A DNA stretch of 56,037 nt from an uncultured bacterium (GCA_937942165.1 CALDFW010000052.1:1-56037); one strand, 5' to 3'; shown: positions 29,563 to 39,178, counted from the first letter of the stretch. Notes: a model not told the origin generated them from the letters alone. Program-made: numbers and translations.

Positions 29563-30501
29563 ATGGCTCTCATGGTAAAAGAGTTAGTGCGTCGTGCCTT
29601 GCCAAGAACCGCGTATGGAATGGGCCGGCGTCTGGTCAAACGGGTGCGCCGCAGGGAGAGTTTGGAGCCGATTGAGGAGGAAGCCCTCGCGGGGATTGTG
29701 CGCGATGAGCTGGGTCTGAGAGAGGGCGACCTAGCTATGGTGCATTCTTCGGTTGATGCTTTGGGCTTGGGGTTTCCCTTTGTGCGCCTCCTGCCGCTAC
29801 TTCGTCGCATCGTTGGCGCTGAGGGTACGCTACTCTTTCCAGCAACTCATTTGGTAGAGCGGCCAGAGCGATGGTTTGAGCGAGATGAGGTATTTGACGT
29901 TCGACGAACGCCTACGGCGATGGGGTTGTTGTCCGAGATGGCGCGGCGTCAGTCCGACGCTGCGCGCAGCCTGCATCCGACGCATTCGGTTGTAGCAGTC
30001 GGACCTCTTGCCGGAGAATTGGTCGCAACGCATCACTGTGATACCCATCCTTGCGGCCAGAAGAGCCCGTACTCTCAGGTAGCAGAGCGCGGCGGGTTGA
30101 TCCTTGGTCTCGGCGTGGATGTGGACGTGCTGACGTCTGTTCACTGCGTCGAAGACACGGGACGGGTGGCGTTCCCCGTGGACACGCACCGCGAGCGGCT
30201 CTATGAAGGACGCGTGCGCTCGGAGGCGGGGCAGGAGCACACTGTTTCGACGCTGGTTGCTCATCCGCGTATTCGCTGGCGATCAATGCGCCCCTTTTTT
30301 AAACGACACATTAGCGATTCAGTGTGTCATCGCTTTGAGGTTGGGGGACGATCGTTTTATCGGGCAGATGCAGCGGCGCTTTTAGAACGCATGGAGAGGC
30401 TTGCAGAGCGGGGTATTACAATGTATCGAAATGGCATATACAGAGGTCATTTTCTGGAGCCACTGCTCAGCAGATGGGCAGAGAAACTGGAGGAGAGGTA
30501 A
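29563..30501 (+). CDS. AAC(3)/YokD family N-acyltransferase
   Basis: MVHSS, GTLLFP, TAMGLLSE, RSLHPTHS, LGLGV, T..H..E. Start uncertain (29533-29572). Confidence 0.8.
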   Translation: MALMVKELVRRALPRTAYGMGRRLVKRVRRRESLEPIEEEALAGIVRDELGLREGDLAMVHSSVDALGLGFPFVRLLPLLRRIVGAEGTLLFPATHLVERPERWFERDEVFDVRRTPTAMGLLSEMARRQSDAARSLHPTHSVVAVGPLAGELVATHHCDTHPCGQKSPYSQVAERGGLILGLGVDVDVLTSVHCVEDTGRVAFPVDTHRERLYEGRVRSEAGQEHTVSTLVAHPRIRWRSMRPFFKRHISDSVCHRFEVGGRSFYRADAAALLERMERLAERGITMYRNGIYRGHFLEPLLSRWAEKLEER

Positions 30502-30503
30502 GG

Positions 30504-30791
30504 GTGGAAACTTCTTTAGCAGAGCGGATTGTAGCCGAAGCGGTTGCAGAACTCAATTTACAGCGCAGCGCCGAAGACCAAATTGGAAAAGATCCCCATG
30601 CCCTGCTCTTTGGACCGGGTGGGTCGCTCGATTCTCTCGGCTTAGTGCAGCTGATAGCTGGAGTGGAAAATGGAGTAGAGGATGCGAGCGGCCAGCGCGT
30701 TAATTTGGCCGATGAAGCGCTATTGGAATCCGCGGAAAATCCGTTCAAGAGCATTGCATCTCTGTGCGCCTATCTAGTGCAATTGGTATGA
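30504..30791 (+). CDS. Acyl carrier protein
   Basis: GSLDSLGLV (phosphopantetheine Ser); NPFKSIASL; GTG start after GGAGGAGAGG. Confidence 0.85.
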   Translation: METSLAERIVAEAVAELNLQRSAEDQIGKDPHALLFGPGGSLDSLGLVQLIAGVENGVEDASGQRVNLADEALLESAENPFKSIASLCAYLVQLV

Positions 30792-30798
30792 GGGCTAC

Positions 30799-32469
30799 GT
30801 GATGACGACATCGTGCCTGCTCGTTTCCGATGCAAATATAGCTCCGCTTGCGGGGTATTTGCGCAACGATACGGAGAGCCCACAGGTGCAAGTGATCGAA
30901 GCACCTTACGGGATCGTCGAACCCGTTTTCCTCTCAGAGCACGAGATTTGGTCGCGCGTGGAGGGAGATACCGCTGCGCTCGTATGGACGCGCCCACATT
31001 CGGCTGTTCCGGCGCTTGCTCAACTCGAATTCGGCCGCGCCGTTTCCAGGGAAGAGCTAGCTGCTGGGGTAGATCGCTTTGTCGAACTGTTGCTCGCCAA
31101 GAAAGACCGGCTGAGCGCCCTGTTATTGCCTCTGTGGACCCTGCCACCGACGGCTAGAAATCGGGGTGCTGGCGATTTGAAAAGGGGCGGCTGTCAGTGG
31201 GCCGTGCAGCAAATGAACGCCCGCTTGGTCTCGCTGGCTGAGGATAGCGCCCTGATTCACCTACTCGATACGCACTCTATGTTGGCCAGCTGTGCGGAGC
31301 GCGTCTACGACGCTAAGCTGTGGCATATGGGGAAGATTCCCTTTGCCAATTCCGTGTTTCGGCGGTCGGTCGGCGAGGTTAAGGCAGCCCTTCGAGCGCT
31401 GACGGGGCGGGCAAAGAAGCTTATTGTTCTCGACCTGGATGATACGCTGTGGGGGGGGAGCGTGGGCGAAGTTGGGTGGGAACAGATCCGATTGGGAGGG
31501 CACGACTACGTCGGCGAGGCCTTTGTCGCCTTTCAGCAGGCTCTCAAGGGACTCTCCTCGCGCGGAATTATTCTGGCCTTGGCAAGCCGCAACGAAGAGC
31601 GGCTGGCCCTTGAGGCGATTGATTCCCATCCGGATATGGTGCTGCGTCGAGATGACTTTGTCGCGTGGCAGATCCACTGGGGAGACAAAGCGACCAGCGT
31701 AGCGTCCTTGGCAGCTGAGTTGAATATCGGGCTGAGCGAGGTCGTTTTTATCGACGACCACCCGGCCGAGCGCGCGCGGGTTCGCGAAGCGCTGCCCGAG
31801 GTGATGGTTCCAGAATGGCCGGAAGACCCAGCGCTCTATGCGGATGCGCTGGCAGAGTTACGCGCTTTTGATGCGCTAGAGCTAAGCGGAGAAGACGGCA
31901 GACGGGGGGCACTCTACGCAGAGGAGCGCAAGCGCAGCGCCTCCCTGCGAGAGGTCGAGTCTCTGGAGGTTTGGCTGGAAAACTTGGAGCTTGTCGTAAC
32001 GGCAAAAAAGCTGATGAGCGACGATATTGGACGAGCCGCTCAGCTGCTCAACAAGACCAATCAAATGAATCTTCGCACGCGTAGAATGACGGAAGACCAG
32101 CTCGCATCTTGGGCCGAGGGCGAGGATCGCGAAGTGTGGACCGTTCGGGTGGCCGACCGCTTTGGCGATGCCGGGCTGTGCGGTTTGCTGGGCTTGAAGG
32201 GACGAGAGGGAAGGGGCGATGTGACAGACTACGTCTTGAGCTGTCGCGTGATGGGAAGAGGCGTTGAAGAGGCTCTACTATATGTGGCCACCGCGCGCGC
32301 GCAGGCCAACGGCTGGTCTTCGCTTCAGGTCGAAATCCTGCCCACAGAAAAGAACAAGCCGTGTCGGGCTGTGCTCGAACGCCTGTTAGCCGAACGTAAA
32401 CGGGGGGAAAATAGCTGGGATCTCGAGGGTGTGTTTCCCCTGCCCCAACACGTGGATATGCGCATGTGA
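30799..32469 (+). CDS. FkbH-like HAD-IIIC glyceryl-ACP synthase/phosphatase
   Basis: KKLIVLDLDDTLWGG, ASRN, VFIDDHPAER, QLLNKTNQMN, DRFGD.G, LSCRVMGRGVE (catalytic Cys). Confidence 0.9.
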   Translation: MMTTSCLLVSDANIAPLAGYLRNDTESPQVQVIEAPYGIVEPVFLSEHEIWSRVEGDTAALVWTRPHSAVPALAQLEFGRAVSREELAAGVDRFVELLLAKKDRLSALLLPLWTLPPTARNRGAGDLKRGGCQWAVQQMNARLVSLAEDSALIHLLDTHSMLASCAERVYDAKLWHMGKIPFANSVFRRSVGEVKAALRALTGRAKKLIVLDLDDTLWGGSVGEVGWEQIRLGGHDYVGEAFVAFQQALKGLSSRGIILALASRNEERLALEAIDSHPDMVLRRDDFVAWQIHWGDKATSVASLAAELNIGLSEVVFIDDHPAERARVREALPEVMVPEWPEDPALYADALAELRAFDALELSGEDGRRGALYAEERKRSASLREVESLEVWLENLELVVTAKKLMSDDIGRAAQLLNKTNQMNLRTRRMTEDQLASWAEGEDREVWTVRVADRFGDAGLCGLLGLKGREGRGDVTDYVLSCRVMGRGVEEALLYVATARAQANGWSSLQVEILPTEKNKPCRAVLERLLAERKRGENSWDLEGVFPLPQHVDMRM

Positions 32470-33581
32470 AAACGGTTGCTCACTGTATTTCACCCTATTT
32501 GCAAACGGCGGGTCCTTGGGTGTATGAACAGGTTTGTCGAGCCCGCTGCTACCGACCAATCGTCTTGACGCAGGGCGCGATTAACCTAGACGCCTACCCA
32601 GTTGACACCCTGTATAGCGCCGAGGCACTCCCACCCCTTGCGCGCTGGGCCAACCGCTTATGGCGTCGCGTGCAAAACGAATATCTCTTTTACGAAAATA
32701 TAATACGGGATGAGAGAGTCGATCTGCTGCACGCGCATTTTGGCTACGAGGGCTGTCGTCTTTTGCGCGCACAGCGTCGAACCGAACGGCCTCTGCTGAC
32801 GACCTTTTACGGTGCCGACGCAACGGAATACCCCCGATACCCGCGATGGATGCGCCAATACGAGATCCTTTTTGAACGCGGGGCCCTCTTTTTGGCTGAA
32901 GGAGGCGCCATGGCCGAACGGCTCGTTGCGCTGGGATGTCCTGCAGATCGAGTGCGCGTTTGGCATCTTGGCGTAGACGTCGAGCGGATCGCTTTTGTCC
33001 AACGCCAGAAAGGCGCGAAGGTGCGTTTCTTGATCTGCGCAGGTTTTAAAGAAAAAAAAGGTATTCCCTACGCGCTCCGCGGTTTGGCGTTGGCCCATAA
33101 GCAGCAGCCCTTTGAGTATCAGCTGACGCTGATTGGAGACGGGGCCGACAGGGCTGATATTGAGCGCGAGGTAGATGCACTCGGCCTGAGACCGCACACT
33201 ATTTTTCGCGGTATGCTGCCCTATGCGCAGGTCGTAGATGAACTGCCCGAGCACGACATTCTCTTTCAAACCAGCGTGACGGCGGCCAACGGCGACGGCG
33301 AGGGGGGGGCTCCGGTCATTCTACTGGATGCGCAGGCTTCTGGTATGCCGATCGTCGCATCGACCCATGCGGATATACCCGAATACGTGCGCGATGGAGA
33401 GAGCGGTTTTCTCGCTGAGGAGAAGGACGTGGAGGGAATTGCAGAGCGGATCCTCTACCTGGCGACGCGAGCCGAGGACTGGCCGCGCATGGGACTGGCC
33501 GGGCGACAGCACGTCGAAGCATCGTACAGCGCTGAGCGCCAGGCGCGGGCGTTGGAATCGATTTACGACGAAGTGCTGTAG
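32466..33581 (+). CDS. GT4 glycosyltransferase (WcaL/AmsK-like)
   Basis: LHAHFG, TTFYGAD, EKKG, SVTAANGDGEGGAPV..LDAQA.G.P. Confidence 0.88.
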   Translation: MKTVAHCISPYLQTAGPWVYEQVCRARCYRPIVLTQGAINLDAYPVDTLYSAEALPPLARWANRLWRRVQNEYLFYENIIRDERVDLLHAHFGYEGCRLLRAQRRTERPLLTTFYGADATEYPRYPRWMRQYEILFERGALFLAEGGAMAERLVALGCPADRVRVWHLGVDVERIAFVQRQKGAKVRFLICAGFKEKKGIPYALRGLALAHKQQPFEYQLTLIGDGADRADIEREVDALGLRPHTIFRGMLPYAQVVDELPEHDILFQTSVTAANGDGEGGAPVILLDAQASGMPIVASTHADIPEYVRDGESGFLAEEKDVEGIAERILYLATRAEDWPRMGLAGRQHVEASYSAERQARALESIYDEVL

Positions 33582-33618
33582 ATAGAAGATGGAATCAGTG
33601 TGTGTGGAATGCGTCCGC

Positions 33619-34152
33619 TTACTCTTGTGCAAGCCAGTAGCGCTGGTATTCCTCGAGATAGGTCAGCGTATCGAGGCCCTGCATTCGGTCTAGGAATAAC
33701 GTTCCATCTAGATGATCGACTTCGTGCTGCAGGACGCGAGCAAAGAAATCGCGTGCACTAAACTCTACGGATGCGCCCAGTCTATCGTACCCGCTTACGG
33801 TTACCTCTACCGAGCGCGGCACTACGCCGCGCACCTCGGGAATGCTCAGACAGCCCTCCCAGCCAGAGACACTCTCTTCGGACATGGCAACAAACTGTGG
33901 GTTAAACAAGACGGTAAGAGGGATACCTTCGCCGTCGTCCTCTGCCGTGTCCGGGTCGCCTACGACGATCAGACGAATACTCGTACCTACCTGCGGGGCC
34001 GCCAGGCCAATGCCTTCGTAGTCTACCATGGTTTCTATCATATCGTCGACGAGGCGCTGCAGCTCGGGATGGTCTATCTGTGCAGGATCGACTTCGGCTG
34101 CCTGCTCTCGCAATACGGGGTGTCCCATGCGCGTTACGCGAAGAATGGACAT
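33619..34152 (-). CDS. def: Peptide deformylase
   Basis: GIGLAAPQVG, EGCLS, QHEVDHLDG. Confidence 0.96.
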   Translation of the reverse strand: MSILRVTRMGHPVLREQAAEVDPAQIDHPELQRLVDDMIETMVDYEGIGLAAPQVGTSIRLIVVGDPDTAEDDGEGIPLTVLFNPQFVAMSEESVSGWEGCLSIPEVRGVVPRSVEVTVSGYDRLGASVEFSARDFFARVLQHEVDHLDGTLFLDRMQGLDTLTYLEEYQRYWLAQE

Positions 34153-34221
34153 GCGAATTACTCCCTGTAAAGGTGGGTAGGCTTTTTAAGAACTGGGGTG
34201 GGGCTGCCCGTGTCAAACGGC

Positions 34222-34839
34222 TTAACGTGCGCCGAGTTGACGAATGCGGCGGCGGATGCGATCCACCCGTTGGGTGTCTAGCCCTGCCAGCGCAGCCTGC
34301 CGTTTTTCTGACTTGAAATAGCGCAGTGTCTGCGCAGCCGTCTCGTCATCAAGGGCCTGAATTTCCTGGATCATGGTGGCTGTTGGCCGATTGGATAGCA
34401 CTTCAGCGAGCGATTGGATCATGGCATCGCGGTCTTTTTTTAAGGCTCCAATCTCGCGGCGCAGTTCCCCTTTAAGAGTAGAGAACTCGCGCAGCGTGGC
34501 CGGATCGGGCTTGAGAGGCTGTCCAACTGGGGGCCTGCTTGGTGTTGGCTGAGCCGGCTGGATGCGGTCTGCAGCCAGAGCTGAAGCTTGCTCGGTTGAG
34601 CGAGAAGGGGTCGAAGGCGAGGGCGCGCGGTCTGTGCGGTTCTTTGCAGGCTGCGTTGAGCGTTTCTCAGCGGGGAGAGTAGTGCTAGGAGTCGGAGGGA
34701 CTCGCTCAGACAAGACAATGCGCTGCCTGGACTTTTCTTCGGAGCGTCGGTCTCCGACAGTGCTCATCATGATACCCAACATGAGTACGAAAGAGAGGCT
34801 CATGCCGCCGACGAGGAGTAAGAGAATCTTGGTATTCAT
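34222..34839 (-). CDS. Single-TM protein with a Pro-rich linker, coiled coil and C-terminal MotE/MgtE-N-like helical domain
   Basis: N-terminal TM; C-terminus LAEVLSN...IQALDDETAAQTLRYFK....AALAGLD resembles MotE/MgtE-N repeats; sigma54 promoter upstream. Confidence 0.5.
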   Translation of the reverse strand: MNTKILLLLVGGMSLSFVLMLGIMMSTVGDRRSEEKSRQRIVLSERVPPTPSTTLPAEKRSTQPAKNRTDRAPSPSTPSRSTEQASALAADRIQPAQPTPSRPPVGQPLKPDPATLREFSTLKGELRREIGALKKDRDAMIQSLAEVLSNRPTATMIQEIQALDDETAAQTLRYFKSEKRQAALAGLDTQRVDRIRRRIRQLGAR

Positions 34840-34952
34840 ACTCGGGAAAAAATTGGTCAGTTTGTTTAGGTATCAAATGGATGCAAGCTGCTGGCCTACA
34901 TGGGGCTTGTATCTCCTTTAGCACTTCCGAAGAGAGCCCTTGTCATTAATAG

Positions 34953-34968
34953 AGCAAAGAGTGGGCCA
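34953..34968 (-). promoter_or_regulatory. Sigma54 -24/-12 promoter
   Basis: Minus strand TGGCCCACTCTTTGCT (GG-N10-GC). Confidence 0.6.
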
Positions 34969-34979
34969 GTTGGCATGCG

Positions 34980-35609
34980 TTAGGGACGTCGGTCGGCCGG
35001 GAGAGACGTCGAGCGGCAGCAGCGAAACCCTATGAGGTCCAGGCGGTATTCTGCGTCGAGATAGCGGCCGTAGCGGACCTCTGTCCGCGCCATATTCGCG
35101 CTGTGGAAGTACGAACCACCGCGCACTATGCGCCAGCCCTTTTCTCGCGCATACCAAGTCGATGTCCATTCCCAAGCATTGCCAATCATATCGTGCAGCC
35201 CGTAGCTGTTACTGCACTGGGCGAAGGATCCGCTAGGCGCTAGGCCACGGCCTCCTACCCAAGCGCCGTCCCGTAGTAGGGGTGTGTTACAGCGGCCCGA
35301 TTCAAAGCGCTCCCCGTATCCGTAGGGGTAGTTTTCGGGACCCGTTGCAGCGCGCTGCCACTCCTGCTCGGTGCACAGGCGCTTTTCTCGTTCAGCGCAG
35401 AGCCTCTCCGCTTCTCCGTAGGTCACGTTAACGGTAGGAGGCGTTCCCAAAACGTTGGGATATTCGTACACGTCAATGTAAAACTGATCGATTTGCACCA
35501 TTGGACCGTCGGGAGGCAGGGCGTGCGGCCCATCTCCGGTCGCAGGTTGGGCAGCTATGGCCGCTGTGAGGGCCAGCAGAACGGACATAGCTGAGATCGT
35601 TCGTTTCAT
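34980..35609 (-). CDS. Secreted FGE-sulfatase-domain protein
   Basis: Signal peptide; FYIDVYEY, KRLCTEQEWQRAA, GLHDMIGNAWEW, RGGSY, IGFRCC. Confidence 0.85.
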   Translation of the reverse strand: MKRTISAMSVLLALTAAIAAQPATGDGPHALPPDGPMVQIDQFYIDVYEYPNVLGTPPTVNVTYGEAERLCAEREKRLCTEQEWQRAATGPENYPYGYGERFESGRCNTPLLRDGAWVGGRGLAPSGSFAQCSNSYGLHDMIGNAWEWTSTWYAREKGWRIVRGGSYFHSANMARTEVRYGRYLDAEYRLDLIGFRCCRSTSLPADRRP

Positions 35610-35636
35610 CTTCTAATCTCGTATTATAGCGGCATT

Positions 35637-35657
35637 AAAAGGCGGTATGTACCGCCT
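35637..35657 (-). terminator. Probable intrinsic terminator after the CBM9-like gene
   Basis: Minus strand AGGCGGT-ACAT-ACCGCCT followed by a short T run. Confidence 0.5.
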
Positions 35658-35660
35658 GTC

Positions 35661-36602
35661 CTACGGGGCAAAATTCACTACGCCAAAGCGAGCGGGATGA
35701 TGAAACCCTCGTTGGAAAGTCTCGCTCCACGTGTTGTATTCCGTCTGATCGCCATACTGCTCGTTGGCATTGCTCACCGCCTGCAGGGCGGCTTCTAGCT
35801 CGGAAAGCGTACTCAGGTCTTGAGCGCTGAGAGCAGATCGCTCTCCGGGCTGTGCGCCGCTTGTCTCCCAAAGGGCTTCGATCGCCTGGCGCGTTGACTG
35901 TGCTGCTTCGTTCATCTCGTTTATGCGCATCTTAGCCTGGCGGCCGGCTTTTCGCTCAATTCTATAGAGATTGAGGCGCCAGTCCGTGCCGGGCGTCGGC
36001 CGCTGTCCACCGGTGATATCCTCGGCCATGGCCGACCAGGGAATGGCGATTTCCACGCTCCATCCAAGATCCGTATCGCTGTTGTCGTTGACCGTTCCAT
36101 AGGTCTGGACGGCCGTTTGCAAGCCTTCTATATCCCATTCGACGGACGAGCGAAACTCGGGTTCCACTGAATAGATTAGCAGATCGACTACGGTGTTGGT
36201 AGGACTCACTTCCAATTCCAGATAGTTTTTTCCATCCCCATCTGGATCGATAAAGACTTCTACGACCTCTTCTTCCCAAAGTTTGTCGTCTTCCTGATCG
36301 TAAATTGCCCACATATCCCCATCTGCACAGGTGAAGGCAAAGTAAAAATACTCGTCATCCCAAAGCATCTTAGCGTGGGTCGGCCATTCCACCGCGTCGT
36401 AGTTATTGAGAATGCGCTCAAATTGATTGATTTGTGCCGCGCGTTCCCACGCGTATTCGTCGAGGTATCCATCGATTAAAATGGGTGAAACGGCGCGCTG
36501 GACGCTGTAATGAGAGACTGCTCCCGCGCCTCCAACAACGGTCTGTCCGGCCCAGATACAGGTCGTCCACAGGAGGGTTACGAGGGTAATTTTATTCAAC
36601 AT
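35661..36602 (-). CDS. Secreted CBM9-like (DOMON) sugar-binding protein
   Basis: IDGYLDEYAW, AKMLWDDEYFY, VEVFIDPDGD...YLELEVSP, WSVEIAIPW, NLYR, WS...FHHPARFG. Confidence 0.8.
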   Translation of the reverse strand: MLNKITLVTLLWTTCIWAGQTVVGGAGAVSHYSVQRAVSPILIDGYLDEYAWERAAQINQFERILNNYDAVEWPTHAKMLWDDEYFYFAFTCADGDMWAIYDQEDDKLWEEEVVEVFIDPDGDGKNYLELEVSPTNTVVDLLIYSVEPEFRSSVEWDIEGLQTAVQTYGTVNDNSDTDLGWSVEIAIPWSAMAEDITGGQRPTPGTDWRLNLYRIERKAGRQAKMRINEMNEAAQSTRQAIEALWETSGAQPGERSALSAQDLSTLSELEAALQAVSNANEQYGDQTEYNTWSETFQRGFHHPARFGVVNFAP

Positions 36603-36778
36603 AATGAGTTCCTTTCGCTATGGATGACAATATAGGTATGGATTGAATAGGCCTGCAACTAGGGGTTTGAGAGGGAAATCATTTCCCCCCCAGCCGACTT
36701 TTCCATACTGAGCCTCTTATTGACCTAAGTCCTTGTAAAAAATGGATAAGCGAAGAGCTAGAGGAGGTATTGAGATCA

Positions 36779-36794
36779 TGGCATAGGCCTTGCT
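36779..36794 (+). promoter_or_regulatory. Sigma54 -24/-12 promoter of the flgF operon
   Basis: TGGCATAGGCCTTGCT (GG-N10-GC), about 50 nt before the flgF ATG. Confidence 0.8.
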
Positions 36795-36845
36795 GAGAGG
36801 AGAGGTGTGGAAATACGTGACACATTTTACCTGTGGGTGTGAAGG

Positions 36846-37637
36846 ATGATAGAGGGACTGTTTATATCGGCATCGGGCATGTTGCCCAAATCGACGCGCC
36901 AGGAGGCCATTGCCAACAACCTGGCAAACTCGGAAGTGCCTGGTTTTAAAAAGGATAACATGTTTTTGCGCGAGATGCGCGAACAGATGAAGCGCCAGTC
37001 TGGTGACTATCCCGACTGGCGTATCAACCGTTTTGAAGGCGTCTGGACGGACCACGAGCAGGGCGCGATGAGGCACACGGGAGACGTGTTTGATATGGCG
37101 ATTAAGGGAAAGGGTTTCTTCGCCGTGCAGACGCCGGAAGGGGTTCAGTATACTCGCAACGGAAACTTTTCGAAAAATGACCAAGGCCAGTTGGTGAACC
37201 CCTTGGGCTATCCAGTCTTGGACCAGGCGGGCGCGCCTATAGCGATCCCCGAAAATTATCAACGGCCAGAGATCGACGCTTCTGGGACCGTGCGAGTGCG
37301 CGACGAACTGCTCGGAGAACAAACGGTAATAGGTCAGCTGCAAATTGTTGATTTTCCTGAACTTTACGATAGTAATGCGGCGGCTCAAACCCCCTATCAG
37401 ACCCCGTTGAAGAAGGGGCGTGATGGCCTGTTTATACCCCATCCTGCGACCCCGCAGACGCCGGCAGACAATTTTGTGATATCACAGGGATTTCTCGAAG
37501 AATCCAATGTACAACCCGTGCTCGAAATGGTGAAGATGATCGATATCTTCCGCTCGTACGAGGCCGAACAGCGAGCCGTGCAAGTGCAGGACTCCACCTT
37601 GGAACGCGCGGTCAATGACCTCGGGCGCGTCGGTTAA
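36846..37637 (+). CDS. flgF: Flagellar basal-body rod protein FlgF
   Basis: IANNLAN..PGFK, YTRNGNF, GFLEESNV.PVLEMV.MI...RSYE; precedes flgG. Confidence 0.85.
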   Translation: MIEGLFISASGMLPKSTRQEAIANNLANSEVPGFKKDNMFLREMREQMKRQSGDYPDWRINRFEGVWTDHEQGAMRHTGDVFDMAIKGKGFFAVQTPEGVQYTRNGNFSKNDQGQLVNPLGYPVLDQAGAPIAIPENYQRPEIDASGTVRVRDELLGEQTVIGQLQIVDFPELYDSNAAAQTPYQTPLKKGRDGLFIPHPATPQTPADNFVISQGFLEESNVQPVLEMVKMIDIFRSYEAEQRAVQVQDSTLERAVNDLGRVG

Positions 37638-37654
37638 TTGAGGGAGCAAAAACG

Positions 37655-38443
37655 ATGAGTAGAGCGCTTTATACGGCGGCAACGGGCATGATTGCCCAGC
37701 AGATGAACGTCGACAACATCGCCAACAACTTGGCAAACGTTAATACGACCGGCTACAAAAAGAGCAAAATGGAGTTTCAGGACCTGCTCTATCAGCAGCT
37801 GCGACTGGCGGGTGCCACGCAGGCCGAAGGCGCTCAGGTGCCGGTCGAACTGCAGATAGGCTATGGAACGAGACCCGTTGCTACGCAGCGCATTTTCTCA
37901 CAGGGGACCATTGTTCCAACGGGTAATCCACTGGACGTCTCAATTGACGGCGATGGCTTTTTGCAGGTGACGCTGCCCGATGGAACGACCGCCTACACGC
38001 GCGACGGAGCGCTTAAGGTTTCCTCAGATGGAACCATTGTCACCTCAGATGGCTATGCGCTGGAGCCGCAGATTACGCTGCCGCCCGATGCTACGGATGT
38101 CAATATATCCTCGAATGGCGAGGTGGCCGTAAAGCTACCAGGCGATACCGCTTTTCAAACGGTCGGCCAGTTTGAGCTGGGTCGCTTTATTAATCCAGCG
38201 GGTCTAAAAAGCATTGGGCGCAACCTCATGTTGGAAACCCAAGCTTCCGGTAATCCCATTATCGGCGCGCCGGATGAAGAAGGGTTTGGAAAGCTCTCAC
38301 AGCGTTTTCTCGAGCTGTCCAACGTGGAAGTAGTCGACGAAATGGTGAGCATGATCGTGGCGCAGCGCGCTTACGAAATCAACTCCCGCGCCATACAGAC
38401 GTCAGAAGAAATGCTGTCTAACGCCAATAACTTGAAGCGCTAA
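37655..38443 (+). CDS. flgG: Flagellar distal rod protein FlgG
   Basis: IANNLANVNTTGYK, FQDLLYQ, YTRDG, LELSNV.VVDEMV.MIVAQRAYE.NS. Confidence 0.96.
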   Translation: MSRALYTAATGMIAQQMNVDNIANNLANVNTTGYKKSKMEFQDLLYQQLRLAGATQAEGAQVPVELQIGYGTRPVATQRIFSQGTIVPTGNPLDVSIDGDGFLQVTLPDGTTAYTRDGALKVSSDGTIVTSDGYALEPQITLPPDATDVNISSNGEVAVKLPGDTAFQTVGQFELGRFINPAGLKSIGRNLMLETQASGNPIIGAPDEEGFGKLSQRFLELSNVEVVDEMVSMIVAQRAYEINSRAIQTSEEMLSNANNLKR

Positions 38444-38461
38444 TAGCGAGCGAAGAAAGGT

Positions 38462-39178
38462 ATGGATGCCATGAAATCGCTTTTCACTGTGATTCTCGCC
38501 CTTTGGATGAGCCCAGCGGTTTGGGCGGAGACCACAATCAATGCACGGGAAGTGCAAAAAGCTGTGGAACAGTTTGTCCTGGCACAGGTAGAATCGGAAC
38601 TGCCTGAGGATGCACGTCCCGTTGTGGATGTGCGCTGGCAGGGAGACCTGGCCTTTGCCGTAGACGGAGCACCTCAAATCCGCGTTCGTCGCACCTCGTC
38701 GAGGCCCCTGCGCGGTCCGAGCGTCGTGCGCGTTGGCATCGATGTAGGTGGACAGACCCAACGCTCGATGAGCGTAACGGCGGATGTGCGCATATGGCGT
38801 CCGGTCGTCGTGGCCAGCCATATGATTAAACGGGGTGAAGAGATGGCACTGGTTGGCTGTGAACTTGCGGAGAGAGACGTGACGCAGGTGCGCGGCGCCT
38901 ATTACTCTGATATACAGGCCTTGGAAGGGATGCAGGCTCGCCGCACGCTCAGTATGGGCGATATCATTACGGATGGACACATAGAAAAAATTCCGATTGT
39001 GCGACGCGGAGATGCCATTCGTCTCGTTGCACGCGCAGGGCGAATGAATATGTCTGCAGCTGGAGAAGCAATGCAGGACGGCGGTGTCGGAGACCGCATT
39101 CGCGTGAAGAATAGCGACTCTGGCAAGGTCGTATACGGTCACATATTGGAAGACGGCGCGATACAGGTGGGACTATGA
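38462..39178 (+). CDS. flgA: P-ring chaperone FlgA
   Basis: Signal peptide, SAF-like domain, IVRRGD, AMQDGGVGDRIRVKNSDSGK. Confidence 0.9.
   Translation: MDAMKSLFTVILALWMSPAVWAETTINAREVQKAVEQFVLAQVESELPEDARPVVDVRWQGDLAFAVDGAPQIRVRRTSSRPLRGPSVVRVGIDVGGQTQRSMSVTADVRIWRPVVVASHMIKRGEEMALVGCELAERDVTQVRGAYYSDIQALEGMQARRTLSMGDIITDGHIEKIPIVRRGDAIRLVARAGRMNMSAAGEAMQDGGVGDRIRVKNSDSGKVVYGHILEDGAIQVGL

Noticed and set aside
29563-30501. AAC(3) gene as an aminoglycoside-resistance determinant
   Set aside because: It is coupled to ACP/FkbH/GT4 with no mobile context, so a biosynthetic role is more plausible.
2031-35609. Two FGE-domain genes as possible diversity-generating retroelement targets
   Set aside because: No reverse transcriptase and no template repeat differing at adenines was seen; the two 3' ends are not near-identical.
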